The notes under the pieces were generated by a model. The model saw only the letters and a program-made list of their open reading frames with translations, ran no database searches and was not told the origin of the DNA. From Centroscyllium fabricii (taxonomy: Eukaryota), in contig JBNRSN020000008.1 of NCBI GenBank assembly GCA_051313645.2, positions 66,650,001 to 66,714,000 on the forward strand: DNA of 64,000 nucleotides. Direction: 5' to 3'. Every line of letters begins with the position of its first letter. Position 1 is the stretch's first letter. The position numbers and the translations under genes are program-made. Positions 1-10,425 of the stretch are shown one piece after another.

Positions 1-1
1 A

Positions 2-1348
2 ACACAAGGTGGAATTAAATGCGTCTTGAAAAATGGGTCACTTTCTAATGAACAAGCTCTTCCGTGTATCAACAGAAATTCAAATAGTCTTAACAAATCA
101 CCAATTCTGCGCATTGCAAGATCACATTCTACGAATGATTTCTCAGCATTAAAGTATAGTGATATGTTTCAGGAAATAAATCCAACTGACAAAGGCCCAG
201 GAATCTATGAAATGTTTGGCACTCCAGTGTATTGCCTCATGCGAGAGTCCACAATATGTGAAACTAATCACAGAGTTATTAATTCTGCGCCACCTAGAAG
301 ACAACCGATATGTAAGAATTCAAAATCAAATCGAGCAATTGAAAAAAACAGTGCAAAGAATACAAAAAATAACCTGAATTCGAAACATAAGAAAAGTTAC
401 ACAAATGCAAAAAAAAAGAGCATAGATGTATTACAACATGGAGAGAAGAACACCTCTTTGATCAATAGTGATGAAGAACAAGAAAATATTGCGATAATTT
501 CTGGCCACGATTGGCACATAAAAACTTTCAGGAATGAGGTCTTATTCCATGACTTAGATAGCCAGGAAGATTCAGATAGTGGCCATCCCTCAGGTGGCTC
601 TAAGTCCCCTCATCCATTACCAGATTATGAGGCTCACCTAGACAACCAGTATTTGTCAACCATTATGGAAGTCTCACTTGTGAAAACTTCAGTCAAATCT
701 GTCACTTCAGATGGTCAGGAAAATATATGTAAGGAATCATCTAGTATTTGTGTTAATGGAGGCGATCTGGGAGATAATGTGACTGACCAGTGTACGCCCT
801 CAATGCTCCCAAAGACCAAGAACACAGATTGTTTTGCTGCTGATTTCTTTGAGTTACAACAGCATCTGAGTAAGAAAGATAAAGCTGATGAAGAAACAGA
901 TAAAATAAGTGAATTTGTAGAATGCCAAGGGACTACTGATGCACATGAGTCTACAACTGTTTTGTCTAATAGACTTAACTGGGATGTTGTAGACGATGAA
1001 GTAGAATCTACTGCCTTATGTACTGTTGAAGATCAAGATAACACTTCTTCTAGAGTAAAAGCTAATTCAGGTCCAGATTTGGATCAAACAAGTTTTCCAG
1101 CTCAACCACTGATTAACGTGTGGACAGCAGAAACAATGACCCCAGCATATCATTTTGAATGTGGTCAGGACAATCTTACAGATGAGCTGCTCAGTTGTCT
1201 GGCATCAGCATTGTTGTTGGAAGAAAATAATAATTGCGATTACACAATACAAATGGCCAAACATGTCCAACAAAAGGAAGATTACAATAATAAGGACAAT
1301 TTGTCTCAAAATGTAAATGGACAAATGATAAATGAAAAAAACCTTCAG
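2..1348 (+). CDS. MAP3K19: MAP3K19 (YSK4) large internal exon, 5'-truncated by window edge
   Basis: Frame open from position 2; contains the MAP3K19-like motif LKYSDMFQEINPTDKGPGIYEMFGTPVY; ends at CAG|GTAAAT donor (phase 0). The ORF-track extension to 1414 runs into the intron. Confidence 0.88.
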
Positions 1349-1486
1349 GTAAATGATTTTTTTAAGTTCTTTACAACAATGGCTCATGGCAGTAATAAAC
1401 TTACAACACACTAAATTGAGCTGAAGGAAAAAATAAAACACATTATTTAGAAAAGCTCATAAACATGGCTATTTTGTTCCCAACAG

Positions 1487-1639
1487 AGTGCTGAATACAC
1501 AGTTACAAAACTATTCAAGACTTCTAGCAGGCCTAGCAGTTCACTTGGTAACTCCATAAAGTCTGAGTGTAGCTCCAGTTGTGAGGATGCCATTATATGG
1601 ACCAAAGGCAATGTGCTTGGCAAAGGAGCCTATGGCACA
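1487..1639 (+). CDS. MAP3K19: MAP3K19 exon ending in kinase subdomain I
   Basis: ttttgttcccaacag| acceptor; 51 codons ending IIWTKGNVLGKGAYGT (glycine-rich loop); |GTGAGT donor. Confidence 0.92.
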
Positions 1640-2056
1640 GTGAGTAACTGCAAATGGCTGTTGACTTCAAAGATCAAATGGTAACAGTTAATAATGTAGT
1701 CAATTGTAGCATTTTCCTCATCTGCTTTGTTACAGAAATTGACTAAATTCTTGCTTTAAAATGCTCCCTTGTTTATAGGGATTCCAGTATGTTGTATGAA
1801 AAAAGAATCAGAAATGATTAGGGAAGAAAAATGTAGTAAAACCACCCAATCATTCTGATTGTAAAAATTGTTGAACTCATTTGAGATGCCTAGTTGTAAC
1901 GAAAAAGCAGTTTTGGTCCTTCAGGCTTACCTTTTAACTTTAAGAATTTACATAAGATAAAGTTGGTATTGTAGGCAAATGTATTTTCATTATGTACTTC
2001 CAAGAGTACATAATAAATGCAGTGTACTTAATCATTTTTATTTTCAATTTGTTTAG

Positions 2057-2754
2057 GTCTACTGTGGTCTAACCAGTCACGGACAATTAATTGCTGTTAA
2101 ACAGGTTGCTTTGGATGCAACAAATCAAATTGCAGCAGAAAAGGAATATCAGAAATTGGAAGAGGAAATAGAGCTACTAAAAAACCTAAAACATGTCAAC
2201 ATTGTGAGTTTTCTAGGTACAAACCTAGAAGCCAATGTTGTCAACATTTTCATGGAGTTTGTTCCTGGTGGCTCCATTGCTGGTGTCATCAGCCGATTTG
2301 GGCCATTACCAGAGCCTGTTTTTTGCACATATACTAAACAAGTTTTAAAAGGAGTGGACTATTTACATGATAACAGGGTGATTCACAGAGATATAAAAGG
2401 GAACAATGTTATGCTTATGCCTAATGGTGTGATAAAACTCATTGACTTTGGATGTGCCAAACGCATGACATGTGTGAATATGAGTGATACACACAGTGAA
2501 ATGTTTAAATCAATGCATGGAACTCCTTACTGGATGGCACCTGAAGTGATTAATGAGAGTGGACATGGCAAGAAATCTGACATTTGGAGTATAGGATGTA
2601 CTGTGTTTGAAATGGCATCTGGAAAACCACCTTTGGCTCATATGGACACAATGGCAGCCATGTTTTATATTGGAGCACATCGTGGTCTGATGCCTGCCCT
2701 GCATGAGCAGTTTTCTGAGAATGCAAGAGACTTTGTACAGACTTGTCTAACAAG
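2057..2754 (+). CDS. MAP3K19: MAP3K19 kinase-domain exon
   Basis: gtttag| acceptor; VYCGLTSHGQLIAVKQV, HRDIKGNN, DFG, GTPYWMAPE, DIWSIGCT; ends AG|GTAAGT (phase 2). Confidence 0.96.
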
Positions 2755-3684
2755 GTAAGTGTATTTTAAAAATACTAATCGATCTCCTGTGGTGTTGCAA
2801 AGTGGGACGTAATATTTAAATTCAGCGCCTGGATGGTAATGTGGCGGAGCAGGTTGCCCGCCCATAATAGAATTTGTCCAGTTTTTATTCCAATTAAGCC
2901 TGAGGTGGGGGTGGCATTGAATGCAGTTGTGATTCAATCTCCATTTCAAAAATCACTTTTTTAATATATTAGTTTACTTTTTACTTATAGTTAAATAGCA
3001 AAACCTATAGCAATTTGTTTTAAGCAGAGAAATGGAGCTGGTTGAAGCATGGGGGTGCCTCTACAATACAGAGCAAGGAGCTGCAATACAAACTAGTGCC
3101 GCCACTGGTGAGAGGGTGTAATTACAGCCTGACATGTTTACACAGGCAGTTTTCATTGGCCTGGCTTTTGCTGTAGGAATTAACGGTGAGGCTACCAACG
3201 CTCACCGTTATTAAGGAGCAAATCAGACAGCAACTTCTAGTATCCACACATGCAAAGTTAAAACACGGAAATCAGGAAGTTTCTGTCCGATTTGCCCATC
3301 TTCTTCACAAGCTTTGCTGCACCTGCATCTCAGAGAGATTGAGCGTTCAAACACATGAATGTTCTGGCGTGAAGCTGCGGTATTTACCCACTAAAAACAG
3401 AGAAAAGGTTAGGCATGTCCGTTCAAGTGCAAGTTCATTTTTAATGGTGTGGCAAGTCTGAATTATCAAACATGAGATGAGGAGAAATTTCTTCACTCAC
3501 AGGGTGGTGAACCTGTGGAATTCTCTACCACAGAAGGCTGTGGAGGCCAAGTCACTGAATATATTTAAGAAGGAAAGAGATTTCTAGACACAAAAGGCAT
3601 CAAGGGGTATGAGGAGAGAGCGGAAATGTGGTATTGAGATAGAGGATCAGCCATGATCATATTGAATCGTGGAGCTGGCACAAA

Positions 3685-4063
3685 GGGCGGCACAGTGGTT
3701 AGCACTGTTGCCTTACAGCCCTGGAGACCCGGGTTCAAATCCGGCCTCGGGTGACTATCTGTGTGGAGTTTGCACATTCTCCCCATGTCTGCGGAGGTTT
3801 CCTCCGGGTGCTCCGGTTTCCTCCCACAGTCCAAAGATATGCGGGTTAGGTTGATTGGCCATGATAAATTGACCCTTAGTGTTAGGGCATTGAATATGTG
3901 GGGTTACGGGGATAGGGTGGGATATGTGGCAGTGCAGGCTCGATACAGATCGAAGGATATGGGGACAAGGCAGGGACAGGGTGCTGGGTTTGGATGATCA
4001 GCCATGATCTCATTGAATGGCGGAGCAGGCTCGAAGGGCCGACTCCTGCTCCTATCTTTCTAT
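3685..4063 (+). mobile_element. HE1-type V-SINE inserted in a CR1 3' end (CR1 at about 3470-3684 and 4064-4100)
   Basis: tRNA-like head with B box GGTTCAAATCC; V-domain TGTGTGGAGTTTGCACATTCTCCCC...GGTTTCCTCCGGGTGCTCCGGTTTCCTCCC; CR1-derived tail. Confidence 0.85.
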
Positions 4064-4374
4064 GAGTGGCCTACTGCTACTCCTATTTTTCAATGTTTCT
4101 AAACAACCTCTCTGGCACTGAAAATTTACTTTCACAATTGTGGAGTCTCATTTTTTCAGATTTTAATTGTTGAAATTTTATAAAAATTAAAATGTATTAC
4201 TTTTTCTGTCTCTTTTAGCTCTCTCCTAATCGCATCTTTCTTTCCCTCACTTTATTTTGTTTTCTGTACCTGATTTTACATTGAATTTAATATTCTAACT
4301 TGCACTTCCTGGTTTATACTTTGCATGCCTTGGACGTGTTGCCTCCCAAATCAGTGCCCATCTTTCCTGGAACT

Positions 4375-5700
4375 CCATGTTTGAATCCCTCCAATCAGGG
4401 TTCCGCCCCTGCCACAGTACTGAAATGGCTATTATCACAAATTACATCCATTGTGACTGTGCCAAAGGTAAACTATCCTTTTTCGTCCTTCTCAACTTGT
4501 CTGCAGCCTTTGATACGGCATCGGTCTCTGATGCCTCTCCACCATCCTCCAGCGGGGTGGGACTGCACTCATCTGGTTCAATTCTTACCTAGCCAGAGAA
4601 TCGCCTGCAATGGCTTCTCTCGATCATTACCTCTGGTGTCTCCCAAGGATCTATCCTTGGGCCCCTCCTATTTCTCATCTACATGCTGCCCCTCGGCGCC
4701 ATCATCTGAAAACACAGCATCAGTTTCCACATGTACGGTGATTACCCAGCTCCACTTCACCACTTGTCTCGACCCCTCCACTGTCTCTACATTGTCAGAC
4801 TGCTTGTCCAGTACTGGATGAGCAGAAATCTCCTCCCATTAAATATTGGGAAGACCGAAGCTATTTTCTTCAGTCCCCACCAAACTCCATCCCTCTCCCT
4901 AGCACCGCTGAGGTTGAACCAAACTGTTTGCAATCTTAGTTATATTTGACCCTGAAATGAGCTTCCGACCACATAACCGCGGCATAACTAAGACCGCTTA
5001 TTTCTCCCTCTAACGTTGCCCGTCTCCACCCCTGCATCAGCTCACCTGCTGCTGAAACCCTCATCCATGCCTTTGTTACCTCTCATAGAAACATAGAAGA
5101 TAGGAGCAGGAGTCGGCCATTCGAGCCTGCTCCGCCATTCAATGAGATCATGGCTGATCATCCAAACCCAGTACCCTGCCTTGTCCCCATATCCCTCTCG
5201 ACTTGACTATTCCAACGCGCTCCTGGCTGGCCTCCCATATTCTGCCCTATGTAAACTCAGAAGTCATCCAAAACTTTGCTGCCTGTGCCCTAACTCACAC
5301 CAAGTCCCATTCACCCCTGTGCTTGCTGACCTACATTGGCTCCCAGTTAAGCAATGCCTGAATTTTAAAAAAAATCCTTATTTTCAAATTCCGCCCTGGC
5401 CTTGGCCCTTTCTATCTCTGAATCTCCTCCAGCCCCCAACCGAGATATCTGCACTCTTCTAATTCTGGCCTGTTGATAAAATTCTTGATTTGAATTGCTC
5501 AACCATTAGTGGCCGTGCCCTCAGCTCTGGAATGCCTTCCCAAAACCTCTTTCCTCCTTTAAGATGCTCCTTAAAACCTCTTTGACCGAGCTTTTGGTCA
5601 TCTGCTCTCATTTCTCCTTGTGACAAATTATATTTTATAACACGCCTGTGAAGTGCCTTGGGACTTTTTACGTTAAATGCGCTATATAAATAGTAATTGT
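4375..5700 (+). mobile_element. Decayed L2-like LINE (RT to 3' end) with an inverted CR1/SINE tail at about 5085-5195
   Basis: MFESLQSGFRPCHSTE, LSAAFDT, LNIGKTE, SRLDYSNALLAGLP, LHWLPV; tail GCGCTATATAAAT. Confidence 0.8.
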
Positions 5701-5835
5701 AAGGATTCTTCAAGCTAGTTGGTTGAAAAGACTTGCCCTGTTCACGCAGGTCCCAGATTCACTGTAGAGGGCGCTACATTGTTTCCGATAGGTTGCTGCT
5801 CAAAAGTCCACGAAAAGTCTGTGGGCAGCTGTAAG

Positions 5836-6520
5836 TACAGGTTGAGCACCGTTAATCCGTGTCCCGAATAGCCGGCAGCTTCAGTCTGCCGGCACAAACT
5901 GCCCCGACTGCGCATGCGCAAAATGGCAACCCCCCCCCCCCATCGTGGCTTCAGCGAATGATCTGCGCATGCGCCGATCATTCAAAACAGCTGCGGGTGT
6001 TTTGAATGATCTGCGCATGCGTCACCGGACGGTTAGCGCATGCGCAGATAATTCAATACGGCCGCCCGTTATTTTCTCGATCCGAAACAACAGAAATCTC
6101 TGGAGAAACTCAGCAGGCCAGGCAGCATCTGAAGAAAGGTCATCGACCTGAAACGTTAACTCTGCTTCTCTCTCCACCGATGCTGCCTGGCCTGCTGAGT
6201 TTCTCCAGCGTTTTCTGTTATTACTTCAAAATGATCATAGTCACACAGCTGTTGCTATAGTGACTGAGGCGGACAGTCACTAAGCAACAGCTGTCAGCCT
6301 GAGTCCCGCTCGGCGGCAGCAGCAACCCCAAAGCCGATGGAGAGGGACGGCGGACCCGGGCCCGATCTGCGCATGCCAGCCAATCGCAATGCTGCGCGCA
6401 TGCGCGCGGCCATTTTGCCTGGCGCGCATGCGCAGTGTCCAAACTCGTTCTTCCGGTTTTTTCCATTTCCCGGCACGGGCCTGGTCCCGCCCGTGCCCGA
6501 TTAACGGTGCTCAACCTGTA
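5836..6520 (+). mobile_element. Tigger/pogo-like MITE copy 1, with Penelope-derived hairpin cargo at about 6085-6225
   Basis: TA + CAGGTTGAGCACCGTTAATC ... GATTAACGGTGCTCAACCTG + TA. Confidence 0.8.
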
Positions 6521-8411
6521 TAACAGACGGCAAGTGCCATTTGTTCGCCACTGTCCGCAAAATCCAGGCCATTATAAATGTTTGGACACATGAAAATGCT
6601 ATAGGCAAGTTTAATCTACTTATATGAAGCACAATGTTCCTGCATTTATTAGGTATGAAAGCTTATATTGAACCCTGGACATTTCAGTTTTTTAGAAGGA
6701 AAATTGGCAGATAAAAAGGTTTGAAAGAAAATTTTTGAACACTTATTGGTTCCGTTCTGATTTTTAAATTGGTGGCTTTACCCATTTTTATAAAGCATTG
6801 TGTGCTGTACATTGGGCTTCTCAGCCTGAGTTTTGATTTTTCTGTTAATTATAAATATTTAATGGCAGCTGCAAGATATTTGCATAGTAACAGAAATTTG
6901 CCAAGTCTGATGGACAGGAAATGAACACAGATGTCATCACCTTGCTCCAGACATGAGCAGAATGCCAGAAAGGCAAGAGTAACTGCCCTCGATAACAAGG
7001 CAGAATTCTAATGTGTATGACACCAAAAGACCCGAGCAAAATTCAGGTCAATGACGATCAAAGGGAAATCTTTCCAGTGGCTATGTTGCACCAGAGGAAG
7101 ACTGTCATGGTTGTTGGAGGCCAACCAATGTAGCCCCAGCGTATCACTGCAGGAGTTCCTCAGCCCAACTGCTTCTTCAATGAGCTTCCTTTCACCAGAA
7201 GTAGGGTTGCTGACTATTATTTTAAAGCATTTATTATTTCACTACTAACGCTGCAGTCTGTGCCGGCCTACAGCAGGACCTGAACAATATTTATGCCTGG
7301 GTTGACAAGTGCAGGTAACATTTACTTGACGCAAGCGCTGAGCAATAACCCTTTCTAATGAGAAAAGGTTCACCTTTCTGATGAGAAAAGGTTCACCTAT
7401 CTTCCCCTGGCAGAAGTTAAAGCTTTTATAAAGGTGCAATTTTTCACGCTTTGAAATTGATTAAACTCACAAATTCCTCTTTAAAATCTGACTGAATAAT
7501 ATGAATGAGTCATTGTTTGATTCAGTGTAACTGTGATTTTAACAGCATGTTGACTGCTAAAAAGGTTATGGCCCTAAAAACACAATTTTAATCGTGTGCA
7601 GTCAAATTTATCGATTTCGATAATTAAAATTTTAAAGAAACAATTAAAAAAAAAACATTTGTTCATCTTTATTTCAGGTTTGTATTTTCCGCACGCGAGC
7701 GCCCCAATCTTTGCTTTGCTCTAACATTTAAAAAAAAGGGGTTGGCCATTTAGGACTGAGATGAGGAGAAATTTCTTCACTCAGCAGGTGGCGAATTTTT
7801 GGAATTCTCTACCCTGTGGCGGCTCATTGAGTACATTCAGAGATCGATCGATTTTTGAATATTAAGGGAATCAAGGGATATGGGGTTAGTGCAGGAAAGG
7901 GGAGAGGAGGTAGATGATCAGCCATGATCTTATTGAATAGCAGAGCAGGCGCAAAGGGCCGAATGGCCTACTCCTGCTCCTATTTCCTAAAAATGTTAGA
8001 ATTTTAGGAGCTTACCCACTTCCTGGTTCGTTGAGACTTGTTTTGATTGGCTGCTTAGACAGCTTGTTGACATCACAGCAGCTCGTCGCTGGGAATCCCC
8101 ATTAACTTCCATTGATTTGAATAATACATCAGAAAACCCAAAATTCGACAGAGATTGCAAGATCTTTGTGTGAAGTTTACTTCAGGGCCAGCGGCAAATG
8201 GCTTTACTTTGTTGCGGACTGCAAATTCTGGGCCATTAATATTTGATGCTGCATATTTTATTAAAAACTTGAAATACGATTTCACGCATGTGCTAAATAT
8301 TAAAACTAGGTGAAACAAATTTCTCCAGGTCACGGGTCATTCTTGCCTCCATTGGAACAATCTCAGTAAATTATTTCGTAGCCAAGTCACTCGTGGAATA
8401 GTCAATATGAA

Positions 8412-8879
8412 TACAGGTTGTGCACCGAAAATCCGTGTCCCGAATAGCCGGCAGCTTCAGTCTGCCGGCACAAATTGCCCCGACTGCACTGCGCATGCGC
8501 AAAATGGCAGCCGCCATCGTGGCTTCAGCGAATGAACTGCGCATGCGCCGATCATTCAAAACAGCTGCGGGTGTTTTGAATGATTGCGCATGCGCAGATA
8601 ATTCAATACGGCCGCCCGTTATTTTCTCGACAGCTGAGCCCCGTGACTGAGGCGGACAGTCACTAGGCAACAGCTGTCAGCCTGAGTCCCGCTCGGCGGC
8701 AGCAGCAACCCCAAAGGCGATGGAGAGGGACGGCGGACCCGGGCCCGATCTGCGCATGCGCGCGCCAGCCAATCGCAATGCTGCGCATGCGCAGTGTCCA
8801 AACTCGTTCTCCCGGTTTTTTCCATTTCCCGGCACGGGCCTGGTCCCGCCCGTGGCGGATTAATGGTGCACAACCTGTA
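8412..8879 (+). mobile_element. Tigger/pogo-like MITE copy 2 (no cargo)
   Basis: TA + CAGGTTGTGCACC ... GGTGCACAACCTG + TA; nearly identical to copy 1 outside the cargo. Confidence 0.82.
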
Positions 8880-8958
8880 CATGTATCTTGTTGTCTAATA
8901 TCATGTAACAACAGCATATCAAAAAAATTATTTAATAAAAAAATTCTCTTGAATCCAG

Positions 8959-9052
8959 TGACCAGCATGAACGCCCTTCAGCAAAACAGCTCCTGAGACA
9001 TCCATTCATCACAAAGAAACAAAAGAAACGGCCATTTTACTGGGCATCATGA
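8959..9052 (+). CDS. MAP3K19: MAP3K19 last coding exon
   Basis: gaatccag| acceptor, phase matches the previous exon; (S)DQHERPSAKQLLRHPFITKKQKKRPFYWAS-stop, matching kinase subdomain XI of MAP3K19; not in the ORF track. Confidence 0.93.
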
Positions 9053-9344
9053 AAATATTCAACAGTAACAAGAAAAAGTAACAACCGATATGAAATTCCA
9101 TATTTTCTCTGTAGAATCATATCTACACATTCTAAACTAACTACTTAATTGTTATTTTAGTATGTAAAAAGCTGTTTTATACATTTTTCAACCTAACTTT
9201 TGAATTGCGCGTTACATTTCATGTCAGATATTTTGTTCAAAAATGTATTTGAGTTAATTATTCAAATTGCAGAATTATTAGGAAATATGATCCCTTTGGC
9301 AATATTAGCATTGAAAAATATTATGTACCCATCATGTTTATAAA

Positions 9345-9350
9345 AATAAA
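9345..9350 (+). terminator. Candidate MAP3K19 polyadenylation signal
   Basis: AATAAA about 290 nt after the stop codon. Confidence 0.4.
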
Positions 9351-10080
9351 AATCCTATCTGCTCCCTCTCCCAACCAAAATTTACAAGTTACGGTCTGCA
9401 TCATGGTACTAAAGAACTTGATAAAAATGGTCTGGACTTTTTGAAATAGGAAATATTTGACAGCCACAAAAATGTTTTCCCCCCGTGTTTTTTTCCCCCG
9501 TGTTTTTTTTTCCAAGTGGCAGTCCATCACTGCAATTATCGTCATGGAATGATCACGTTACAGTGATGTGACCGAGAGGGGAGCAGACAGTTGTAGTTTT
9601 GGATGAAAAAAGAACATTAGGATTACGATACAAATTTACAGAATCCCCTCTTTTTCCAACAATTGTCTTTGCTCACCTCCATTCTTCAGAAAGCGTTAAA
9701 TCCTTGCTCAAGTATGGCTGCACAGGTTCCAGCCACCGTCTGGTGCTTGGCCAAGTGAGTTGACAAAGAACAGGCAGCCTATTTAGAACCCTGCTGATTT
9801 TTCTCTCGAGCCAAGAGTGCCGAGGCCACTCGCAGCATCCTCTGGCTGCCAATCGGATTAATAAATTCAGCACAGAACTGAGTCGGACATATTGCTAACC
9901 TGTACAGTTCAATCAGCCTTAACCAGCTGAGCAATCAGGAGTGCTCAAAACACATTCTTTAACTTTAATACAATGTTTATGACATCACTATCAAAAGGGT
10001 CAGTTTTTTGTTAAGCTCTGATGTTTGTTTTGAGCAGTGTTGTGGGAAGTATATCAAGAACTTTACAGAGTCATTAATAT

Positions 10081-10425
10081 GCTGTGTCAGCTGTGGTTCA
10101 GTGGTAGCACTCTCGCCAGAGTCAGAAGGTTGTGGGTTCAAGTTCCACTCCAGAGACTTGAGCTCAAAATCTAGAGTGACACAATTTTGAAGAGCAGGGG
10201 AGTTCTTCTGGTGTCCTGGCCAATATTTAACCCTCAAACATCTAAAAAAAATTTAATCTGGCCATTATCGCGTTGCTGTTTGAGGGACCGTGCGGTGTTC
10301 AATTGGCTGCCAAGTTTCCCTACAGTACAACGGTGAATACATTGCAAAAATACTTCATAGGCAGTAAAGCATTTTGGGATGTCATGAGGTTGCATAAAGC
10401 ACTATATAAATGCAAGTCTTTCTTT
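10081..10425 (+). mobile_element. SacSINE1/Deu-type SINE
   Basis: tRNA-like head (TGGTTCAGTGG, GGTTCAAGTTCC); Deu-like core GTCCTGGCCAATATT...TTGCTGTTTG...AATTGGCTGCC; L2-like tail TATATAAATGCAAGTCTTTCTTT. Related copies at about 35690-35885 (+) and 60110-60370 (-). Confidence 0.7.

Larger units (their letters stand above)
3158..6570. mobile_element. Non-autonomous PIF/Harbinger-like element expanded by nested insertions
   Basis: TIR GGCCTGGCTTTTGC / GCAAAATCCAGGCC (13 of 14 match), 3-bp direct repeat ATT on both sides. Confidence 0.65.

Noticed and set aside
26-28. TTG/GTG starts in the ORF track (e.g. 26, 2111, 19968) as gene starts
   Set aside because: These are internal exons of spliced eukaryotic genes; the real boundaries are splice sites.
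3685-3760. tRNA-like sequence (also at 35040, 44520-44596 and 10085)
   Set aside because: SINE heads with A/B boxes; no complete cloverleaf, and each is followed by SINE body and LINE-derived tail.
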